Assembly: GCA_965367815.1 (NCBI GenBank)
Contig: CBDUKN010000005.1
Span: forward strand, 32,001 to 96,000
Length of the DNA stretch: 64,000 bases
From: an uncultured Thermoprotei archaeon
GTDB lineage: Archaea; Thermoproteota; Thermoprotei; Thermofilales; B15-G2
Direction: 5' to 3'
The notes below the pieces were generated by a model, which was not told the DNA's origin, made no database searches, and saw only the letters and a list, made by a program, of their open reading frames with translations. The position numbers and the translations under genes are program-made. This document shows, piece after piece, positions 57,045 to 64,000 of the stretch (positions are counted from its first letter, which is position 1; each line of letters starts with the position of its first letter).

Positions 57045-58166
57045 TTAGCCTGTTAATATTATCTTTTTAACGAAGTTTATTACTTCTGCTTGATCTCCTT
57101 TCTCTCTAATTGCTTCGAGTTCATCTTTTCTAGCGTATATTAAGAGCGCTTTCTTAAGGCAGTTTGCTATAAATTCTTTCGATAGTGCCATTGCTCTAAC
57201 AGGATTCATCCTATAGGTAAACTGGTCTTCACCATACCAGCCGTCGTAACCTATGTCGATTGTCGCGTAAAGGAAGTCTACATAGCGCCAAATATCTCCT
57301 GTTCCGGCTACTCTATCTTCATCGTTGCTATGTAGCTTAGCTGTGTTTGAATGTATGTTAAGTAGAGGAACTCCAAGTACTTTTAGTGCATACACTGTTT
57401 GAGAAGGCTCTGACGCATACATTTGTTCGTGACCATAGTCAATACAGACTCCCATGTTATCTACTCCGCATTCTCTATTTACTTCTTTAGCAATGAACGC
57501 CGCTAAGTGCGTTGTCGGTATCACCATATTTCCTTCACGAGGCTCATGAAGTTTTGCTTCGACGCAGAACTTTAATCCATTTTTATGAGCTTCTTTATTT
57601 ATTGTAATGCATGCATCTATAAACATTTCAAGCTGTTTACCGTAATTTACTTCAAAGTTGTAGTCCCAGCCATCAGAGCCAGGCCACAAGTTTACTGTTC
57701 CACAGCCTAATTTCTTAGCTATTTCAATAGCTTTAAGAGCTTGTTGTAGAGCTTCTTCTCTGATTTCTTTCTTTACATTGGTTACTCCACCCATTTTGTA
57801 CTTAGGGTCCGTCCAGAGATTCATGTTCATGTTTGTTGCAACCATGTCGTGTTCTTTCAAGAACTCTTTTACTTCAGCTATTTTATCTTCATTTATTTCG
57901 CCTTTTTCATTTAAAAATAGTACATCGTGGAACTCTACTCCCTTGATGCCAGCTTTATATACTCGCTCAAGCTGAGAAATAATGTCGCTTTTAAGCTCAG
58001 GGAAGTATCCTTTGGTAGCAAATCTGTCCATGAAGTCTCCTGCTGCCCAGTGTCCAGCAGCTATTTTTATGTCAAAGTCCTTTATGAATTCTTCAAGTTT
58101 TTCTCCTTCAAGGTACCCTACATAGTATGTTTCAAGTTTGCTTAAATTCTCTCTAGTTATTTTCAC
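57045..58166 (-). CDS. Xylose / L-rhamnose isomerase-like sugar isomerase
   Basis: GVEFHD, NLWPGSDG, EAKLHEPRE, DYGH and NDEDR. Confidence 0.8.
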   Translation of the reverse strand: MKITRENLSKLETYYVGYLEGEKLEEFIKDFDIKIAAGHWAAGDFMDRFATKGYFPELKSDIISQLERVYKAGIKGVEFHDVLFLNEKGEINEDKIAEVKEFLKEHDMVATNMNMNLWTDPKYKMGGVTNVKKEIREEALQQALKAIEIAKKLGCGTVNLWPGSDGWDYNFEVNYGKQLEMFIDACITINKEAHKNGLKFCVEAKLHEPREGNMVIPTTHLAAFIAKEVNRECGVDNMGVCIDYGHEQMYASEPSQTVYALKVLGVPLLNIHSNTAKLHSNDEDRVAGTGDIWRYVDFLYATIDIGYDGWYGEDQFTYRMNPVRAMALSKEFIANCLKKALLIYARKDELEAIREKGDQAEVINFVKKIILTG

Positions 58167-58300
58167 ATTTTTTTCTCAGCTACAAAATATTTAAAACTAA
58201 GTACCGAAGTATGATTTAAATCAGTTTGACAGAAACGTTTTCTAAATATCGAAGCTGTACCTCTGATTAAAGTAAAGAAGAAAAAATAATAGTTTAAAAA

Positions 58301-59209
58301 TTATAGGTATTCTTTCCAATACTTTACGCTTTCAACTAAATCATTTATAACTGTTTCTTCTTTTGCTTCAAATGGATGAATTACTTCTAAGAACAAGTAG
58401 ACTTTACTTGCTCCTCCTTTTTCTAAGGCTTTTATTACTTTATCTGGTTTGATTATTCCGATTTTATTATACTGTTCTGTGAATGGCCAGTGTCTGTCGG
58501 CTTTCCCGTCTGTTTGCTGTATATGCAGGCATGGCGTGTCTTTAGCAAGAGCTTTTAGCCATTCATAGGGATCAAGATCTTTCTTGGAAGCAGCTTTAGG
58601 ATTACACGCATGTCCTACATCAATGCATAGCTTTACGGGTATCGCTGAATACTTGTTTACTTCTTTCAGTATATTTTTAGCTTCTTCGATGCTAGCTGGA
58701 GGTTCTCGGCTTATGGGCATCGGCTCCCATAGTATATTCTCTAAGCCATATGCCTTAGCATACCTTGTTAATTCAGATACCTCTTCTAAAAGCACTTTAA
58801 GTAGGAAGTTTCTTCTCTCCTCGTTTTCATAGTCGTGTACAGTCATAGCGCCAATATGTCCGCCTGTAGCTTTAGCTCCAAGAATAGAGGTTATTTTTAC
58901 TGCTCTGCAGTACCAGTCTAGTGCATCGAGTCTGAACAAGGGATTTGGATGTAGAAGCATGTTGAAGCTGTATGCTGCTAAGCCTGTAAAAGTACTGTGA
59001 ATTTCTACACCATATTCTTTGAGAGCATCTATGCATTCATTTAAGTATACTTCAATTGAGTTCCAGGAAGATTTAGGGTCGAGTAAGTCGAAGCTAAACT
59101 GGACATATTTTACTTCAAGCTTAGTTGCAGTAATTTCGATCCATGCTTTAGGTTCAACTAATCTTTTTACAGCCCAACAATTATTTACTCCTAATAGAAA
59201 CTCTGTCAC
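58301..59209 (-). CDS. TIM-barrel sugar(-phosphate) epimerase, EryC-like
   Basis: LGVNNCWAVKR..EP, YVQFSFDLLDP, WEPM...REP, DVGH, HIQQTDG..DRHWPF and LEV. Confidence 0.72.
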   Translation of the reverse strand: MTEFLLGVNNCWAVKRLVEPKAWIEITATKLEVKYVQFSFDLLDPKSSWNSIEVYLNECIDALKEYGVEIHSTFTGLAAYSFNMLLHPNPLFRLDALDWYCRAVKITSILGAKATGGHIGAMTVHDYENEERRNFLLKVLLEEVSELTRYAKAYGLENILWEPMPISREPPASIEEAKNILKEVNKYSAIPVKLCIDVGHACNPKAASKKDLDPYEWLKALAKDTPCLHIQQTDGKADRHWPFTEQYNKIGIIKPDKVIKALEKGGASKVYLFLEVIHPFEAKEETVINDLVESVKYWKEYL

Positions 59210-59579
59210 ATTTCTTTATATTCTTAAAAAATATAAAAAACTAAGCGAGAGTAAATTCTGGTTAACAGCATTTATACTACCTCAAATATCTTTTTTGTCG
59301 TTGAACAGGTAATAATAGATGAAAAGAGATAAATAGAAATTGAGGAAAAGGTGAAGTGTCTAAAAAGGCTGAGGGTAAATACCAGAACATAATCAATGAA
59401 AAACCGATAAAGAATCTAAATAAACCAAATATTAATTTGGTTAAAATATTTAACAAATATCATAACACTAATATTTATTTACTAAAATTAAATGAAAAAA
59501 TAAGAACCAGTATTGGTAGTAGTAAGGGAAAAAATTCCTGCTTTTTGATATCTAGTCTAAAGACCCCCTCGGTGAGAAC

Positions 59580-59613
59580 GAAAAAGGTGCACTCTTTCAT
59601 GAAAAAGGTGCAC
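59580..59613 (+). repeat. 13-bp direct repeat GAAAAAGGTGCAC x2 with 21-bp period
   Basis: Exact copies at 59580-59592 and 59601-59613 in a long AT-rich divergent intergenic region. Confidence 0.8.
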
Positions 59614-59707
59614 GAGGTGGCTATATTCGAGATAGTTTTAATAAATATGCTTATATTGGTGTTTTTTCTAGTATTATTAAAAAATAGTGTTGCAAAGGTG
59701 TAGACAA

Positions 59708-60715
59708 ATGATGTTTGATAGCAAAACTTACAAAATATTAAGTACTCTACACTTGAATCCATTGAACTTAATGGAAATCTCAAGAGCTACAGGTATACCT
59801 TACTCTACGCTAAGGCGACGGATAAATAAGCTTAGAACACAGATCAGAGTCTTCGCTAGACCTAATTACTGGAGACTGGGCTTAGCCCCTATGGTATATC
59901 TTCTGCCTTTCAGTGAAAAAGACTTTGATGTCTTCAGTAAAGCATACTACACTAGAAGTTTAATTAAATTCTTCCATAGAGGAGGAAGAAAACTCTTCGT
60001 GTATTTGACAATACCAATGGAGTTTAAGAGCATAATAGATGTTGTACTAAGGTCTACTGCTGAAGTATATTTTGCTGATGAAGTAATAGAAATGACGTCT
60101 CCTAAGGAATTTAAGCCCGAGGTCGACTGGGAGGAGGTATTTAATATTGTTGTAAAAACAGAAGAAAAGAAGATAGAGATTGCAAAAGAAGAAGTATTTG
60201 ATGTGAAAGATCTGCTTATTATAAGAGAGCTTGAAAAAGATTCACTAATAACATTCAAGAACATAGCTGAAACAGTTGGAATAAGTGAGGAACTTTGTCT
60301 TTACCACTATTACAGGCATATTATTGAGAGAAAATTGATAAAAGAGTTTACAGTAAGAGTGAAGATAAGTAAAGAAGAAATACCTTCATTGCTATTTATT
60401 ATAGAAGCTAAAAGAAATATTACTGGTTTAATAAAAGGCTTTCAGAAAATACACTATGTAGAGGATATTTACTTAACGCGTAATAAGTATATTTTAGTTC
60501 AAATACAGCTTCCTTCAAGCTACTGGGTGAATTTATTCAGACTGCTAGATAGGCTACAAGAAGAAGACATAGTCAAGGAATATGATGTACTAGTACAAGA
60601 CCCTAAGGTATGCCTAGAGCTTCCACTAAACGATAAGGCCTGGAATGAGACCCATAGACGCTGGATGATAGACCCTGTTCTAGAAGAAATCATTAGGAGT
60701 AGACGTAAAGCCTAG
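59708..60715 (+). CDS. Tandem HTH / Lrp-AsnC-like archaeal regulator
   Basis: NLMEISRATGIPYSTLRRRI; PNYWRLGL; second HTH DVKDLLIIRELEKD...FKNIAETVGIS...YHY. ATG 59708 preferred over TTG 59687. Confidence 0.75.
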   Translation: MMFDSKTYKILSTLHLNPLNLMEISRATGIPYSTLRRRINKLRTQIRVFARPNYWRLGLAPMVYLLPFSEKDFDVFSKAYYTRSLIKFFHRGGRKLFVYLTIPMEFKSIIDVVLRSTAEVYFADEVIEMTSPKEFKPEVDWEEVFNIVVKTEEKKIEIAKEEVFDVKDLLIIRELEKDSLITFKNIAETVGISEELCLYHYYRHIIERKLIKEFTVRVKISKEEIPSLLFIIEAKRNITGLIKGFQKIHYVEDIYLTRNKYILVQIQLPSSYWVNLFRLLDRLQEEDIVKEYDVLVQDPKVCLELPLNDKAWNETHRRWMIDPVLEEIIRSRRKA

Positions 60716-61055
60716 CTTCACTGTAGCTTATTTCATGTTGCTTTTTCTTCCAATAGTACTTGTAGTAGTCTTTTACAAATTTCTTAACAAGCTGCTCAAA
60801 TCTAATAGGATCTCTTTTTCTCAGTTCTCTGAGCTCTTTCTCTAATTCAGGACAACTTAAGCCCCCATTAGGTTTAAGTAAAGTCTGAAACTGTTTTTCT
60901 ACATAAAGAACTAGCGGATGATTTTCTCTAAGGCGCTCGACTTCAGTAGTTAAAGTGCTTTCACCTATTTCATCTAGTGTTCTTAAAATCAGTTCGCTTA
61001 AAAGAAACCATACAACTAGGTTACTCATCAAGTAAATAGGGGAAGAGTCTTTCAT
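60693..61055 (-). CDS. Hypothetical protein
   Basis: 120-aa ORF with a 4-nt overlap to the FrhB-like gene. Confidence 0.55.
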   Translation of the reverse strand: MKDSSPIYLMSNLVVWFLLSELILRTLDEIGESTLTTEVERLRENHPLVLYVEKQFQTLLKPNGGLSCPELEKELRELRKRDPIRFEQLVKKFVKDYYKYYWKKKQHEISYSEARLYVYS

Positions 61056-61948
61056 ATCTTTTTCTTCGAGGCGATTTTCTCTTTGATTTTTTGCATTTTA
61101 AGTACTTGATATATGTTAACGTTGCTGTCTACTTCTAAGTACTTCTCTGCTACTTCTAGAGCTTTTAATCCATCATTACTTAAAACAAGTATTGTAGTTT
61201 CAGATGGAGAAGAGCCTGCGTTACCTAAAGCTATGTCTGCTTCAAAAGGTATAAAGCACTTGCAGCTAAGACACTTAGTGCTAGACTTAAGTTCTGAAAG
61301 CTTTATTGATACTATTGAGGAGCCGATATATATTTTTAAATCTTTTTTAACTACTTCCATTCTATTAATTTTTTCTACATTAATGTTATTTGATTCAAGA
61401 ATATTTTTAATACTTGATAAATAGAAGTTTTTAAAGCAGAAAAGCCCTATTTTTAAGAACTTTACTCCCATTAACTTCTCTAAGTTAAATGCAGCTCTAA
61501 TATGGCACGGCAAGCCTATAATGCAGACTTTCTTATCTTTGACTCTAGAGAAGTCTATTTCTTGAAGTATGGGTGTATAAAAGTACCTTGAACCAGATAT
61601 TTTAACAGCGTCGCTGCTATTGGTAATTGAAATAGCTCGAGGTGCATTAAAGTCTCTCGCAGCTGCCACGGCTTCGTCCACAGCTTTTTCTTCAAGTAGC
61701 GCGTAGACAATGGTTGAAGCGACTCCTCCGTTTTGAGCAATCTGAGCTATGTTTTCTAGTCTTGTTTTGGCTTTAGCAGAGTATTTAATGTTTATGTCTT
61801 TAGTTAAAGTCATGTCAGGACATACTTTTTTACATATACTGCATCCTATGCATTTTTCTTTATTTAAGTGTATTTTTTCATCAATAATAGATAGAGCTTT
61901 TGTAGGGCATACTGCTATACATGCTCCACAGAGCGAGCAGGGCTTCAT
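61052..61948 (-). CDS. F420-dependent hydrogenase/dehydrogenase beta subunit (FrhB/FdhB/FpoF-like) with 2x[4Fe-4S]
   Basis: CSLCGACIAVCP, CIGCSICKKVCP, AQNGGVAS, GSRY, IGLPCH, IGLFC, CLSC and ADIALG. Confidence 0.85.
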   Translation of the reverse strand: MKPCSLCGACIAVCPTKALSIIDEKIHLNKEKCIGCSICKKVCPDMTLTKDINIKYSAKAKTRLENIAQIAQNGGVASTIVYALLEEKAVDEAVAAARDFNAPRAISITNSSDAVKISGSRYFYTPILQEIDFSRVKDKKVCIIGLPCHIRAAFNLEKLMGVKFLKIGLFCFKNFYLSSIKNILESNNINVEKINRMEVVKKDLKIYIGSSIVSIKLSELKSSTKCLSCKCFIPFEADIALGNAGSSPSETTILVLSNDGLKALEVAEKYLEVDSNVNIYQVLKMQKIKEKIASKKKI

Positions 61949-62709
61949 TTAAATAACCACTTGTTTTCGGGCATATTAAGTTCTCTGGCGCTTGCTTTAT
62001 CTGAAGCCTTGTACTTAAGTCCCTTAATTACTGCGACCGGAATTCCTTCAGCACCGTTACCCATAACAAGTTCTGCTGCTGAAGCTATTTCGTCGGCTAT
62101 GGCTATTCTTTTTACTCGAAGAATATAGCCAAATAGATCTTCTGTGCCTCTATAATCTTTGAATACTTCAATGCCGGCGGCTCCTATAGCCATGTTTATG
62201 TGTCCCTCTCTTAGAGGTCTTCCATAAGTATCCGTAATTATTACTGCTACATTTTTCCCTGTAAGTTCTCTGATTCTTTTTCTTATTTTTCTCGCACTTT
62301 CATCTGGATTTTCCGGTAAAAGAGCAACTATTTCGGAAGTCCCGGCTACATTAGACTTATCTACTCCAGCATTAGCGCAAACTAATCCGTGCTTAGTTGT
62401 TACTATGAGATGTCCTCGAACAGCCTTAACGACTTTAATACTCTCTCTAAGTATTACTTCGACTAAACGAGGGTCTTTACCAGTTATTTCTGCTATTTTT
62501 AGGGCTTTTTCTGAAGGCACTATTTCGCTCAGCTTAACTACTCTGCCTTCGGCTTTAGAGACTATTTTACTCGAGACTACAATTATATCTCCGTCAGCTA
62601 TCTCAACGTTGTTCTTTTTTGCTGTCTCGACGATTAGTAAACCTAAGTCGTCGCCTTCACGCACTAAAGGGAAATTTTCTAGACCTATTATTTTAACTTC
62701 AATAGGCAT
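61945..62709 (-). CDS. cofE: Coenzyme F420-0:gamma-glutamyl ligase
   Basis: GDDL, KIVSKAEGR, VCANAGVDKSN, LPENPDESA, TDTYGRPLREG and ADEIASAAELVMG. Confidence 0.92.
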   Translation of the reverse strand: MPIEVKIIGLENFPLVREGDDLGLLIVETAKKNNVEIADGDIIVVSSKIVSKAEGRVVKLSEIVPSEKALKIAEITGKDPRLVEVILRESIKVVKAVRGHLIVTTKHGLVCANAGVDKSNVAGTSEIVALLPENPDESARKIRKRIRELTGKNVAVIITDTYGRPLREGHINMAIGAAGIEVFKDYRGTEDLFGYILRVKRIAIADEIASAAELVMGNGAEGIPVAVIKGLKYKASDKASARELNMPENKWLFK

Positions 62710-62825
62710 GTGTTACTTAATTCTAGCTCAGTATTTGTGATATTCGGTATACATATCCAAGCGAATACTTCTAATGCATAGGAGAAGTCAGATTTATGTG
62801 TCTGCACCCACTATAGCTATAGAGT

Positions 62826-63362
62826 ATGTCTACTGAAACTAAAAAGAAGAAGCTTGGAAGATTTCAAGTAATGGCGCTGCTTCAAGCAGCTCGCTTTTAT
62901 GTACTGACAGGAGACTTAAAGAAGGCCTACTCTTTTGGCTTAAATAGAGCTATTTTCTACGCTTGGGCAAAGTATTATGGGCGTTTTGCTCCGCGAAAAA
63001 GAGCCATAAAGAAGGGAGAAGAAGTAGTTACTGTGAAGGAGGGAGACAAGTACATGGCTTATGTAGGCAATGAGGGCGCGTTCATAACTAGGAACGGCTG
63101 GTTTATTATCGGAGATAAGGAACAGAGGCCTGAGGACTATGAAAGAGAGATAATAGCCAAAATAAATAGCGTAGTTCCCTACGAAGAAGCGTGGAAAGTC
63201 GCAGTAGAGTATGTAAAACAGTTCAGTAAAAGTGTTCTATTAGACCAGCAGAAATTCTATGAGAGAGTGTACAAGCCTGTGAGAGATAGTTTTCTAGAGC
63301 TTATGGAAAGATATAAGAAAGCTAAAAAGAGCACGCTTGAAGAGTTTTTCGGAGGAAGCTAA
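62826..63362 (+). CDS. Conserved crenarchaeal hypothetical protein with PIP-box-like C-terminus
   Basis: GRFQVMALLQAAR...GLNRAIFYAWAK; ends KKSTLEEFF. Confidence 0.7.
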   Translation: MSTETKKKKLGRFQVMALLQAARFYVLTGDLKKAYSFGLNRAIFYAWAKYYGRFAPRKRAIKKGEEVVTVKEGDKYMAYVGNEGAFITRNGWFIIGDKEQRPEDYEREIIAKINSVVPYEEAWKVAVEYVKQFSKSVLLDQQKFYERVYKPVRDSFLELMERYKKAKKSTLEEFFGGS

Positions 63363-63424
63363 AGTAAAAGACATGGTAATTTACTTAGTAGAATTCTCAT
63401 GTAGCAAGGGAAGTTGGTGAAAAT

Positions 63425-64000
63425 ATGGAAGAGTGGACAAAAGACCTCTTAGAGTTTTGGTATACTCACGTAGGAGACCCCTTCGATATAACTAAGGATC
63501 TAGGTGTTCTTAGACTAGAGTTCCTTAAGCAACGTTTTAAACGCATACTCAATAAACTCAAAATAAGTTTAAATGAGGAGTCTAAAGTACTTTCAGTCTT
63601 AGCAGGAACAGGGGTAGATGCCTTTGCTTTAGCAGAAACCTACGGCTGTAGAGTAGTGTGCGTAGAGTATTTGCAGAGTCTCGCTGAAAAAGGCAAGAAG
63701 TATGCTAAAAAGAATAGACTTAGAGTAGAGTTTATTGTAGGAGACGCAAAAAAGCTAGTAAATTTAATAGATGAAAAAGACTTCGACTTAGCAATACTAT
63801 GGGGCAATTCTCTTCCCCACATCGACATATATAGCTTAGACAAGATCGCGTCTCAAGTAAACCAAGTACTGGCTGACTCTTCACCATTTTTGTTAGAGTA
63901 CTTTGAGTCTGTGTACAGCAGAGAATATAGATTTGTTACTGCAGAGTTCGACCAGTATCCTATGATAAGTATTCATTTAGACTTCAATCCAATGAAGGGA
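63425..64000 (+). CDS. Class I SAM-dependent methyltransferase, truncated by the window end
   Basis: Manual translation gives KVLSVLAGTGVDA, VVCVE, EFIVGDA and FDLAILWGNSLPH; SD GGTGA upstream. Confidence 0.82.
   Translation, partial: MEEWTKDLLEFWYTHVGDPFDITKDLGVLRLEFLKQRFKRILNKLKISLNEESKVLSVLAGTGVDAFALAETYGCRVVCVEYLQSLAEKGKKYAKKNRLRVEFIVGDAKKLVNLIDEKDFDLAILWGNSLPHIDIYSLDKIASQVNQVLADSSPFLLEYFESVYSREYRFVTAEFDQYPMISIHLDFNPMKG

Noticed and set aside
59356-59783. Opposing ORFs 59356-59703 (+) and 59475-59783 (-)
   Set aside because: Low-complexity Asn/Lys/Phe translations of AT-rich DNA that overlap each other and the regulator start; better read as a regulatory region
6479-62740. Numerous 60-170 aa ORFs antisense to or nested in long genes (e.g. 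11093-11479, 28344-28796, 31570-31980, 32986-33465, 56163-56666)
   Set aside because: Shadow ORFs opposite well-supported genes, with Ser/Thr/Phe-biased composition and no motifs
62731-62790. Two short inverted repeats (TATTCG/CGAATA and ACTTCT/AGAAGT) between cofE and the divergent gene
   Set aside because: Only 6-bp arms with long loops; insufficient for an RNA or operator call
1-64000. CRISPR array, rRNA, tRNA, transposase or integrase
   Set aside because: No regularly spaced 24-40 bp repeats, no GC-rich structural RNA islands and no transposase/integrase motifs were seen, despite the cas4 gene

Overview
AT-rich, gene-dense archaeal chromosomal segment. Frequent GTG starts, TATA-like boxes close to start codons, Taw3, IorAB, solo Cas4 and five box C/D guide RNAs point to a thermophilic Thermoproteota (Thermoprotei-like) organism; the taxonomy is inferred. 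Housekeeping and metabolic genes include guaA, guaB, purB, taw3, iorAB, ridA, maf, a GlmU-like transferase, cofE and an FrhB-like protein, plus many carbohydrate genes (GH35, GHL10, a beta-propeller glycosidase, PfkB, three TIM-barrel isomerases). The standout is an ~11.6 kb membrane system at 8313-19909. It has a 1318-aa PA/M28-peptidase-like plus FtsX/MacB-like protein with altered catalytic residues, two overlapping OPT-like polytopic membrane proteins, and a second 1053-aa FtsX-like protein ending in an apparent CARF-like Rossmann domain. No ABC ATPase is encoded nearby. Other points of interest are an ArsR-controlled bactofilin-like operon, a convergent four-gene nuclease cluster (beta-CASP, basic partner, SfsA, Cas4) without a CRISPR array, an orphan MtaA plus RACo corrinoid module, an intact AbrB-VapC pair, a multiply frameshifted UPF0175/DUF3368 pair, two genes with in-frame TAA codons, and several palindromic or direct-repeat operator candidates. 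No rRNA, tRNA, CRISPR array or transposase was seen. Family assignments come from motif recognition only; no searches were run.
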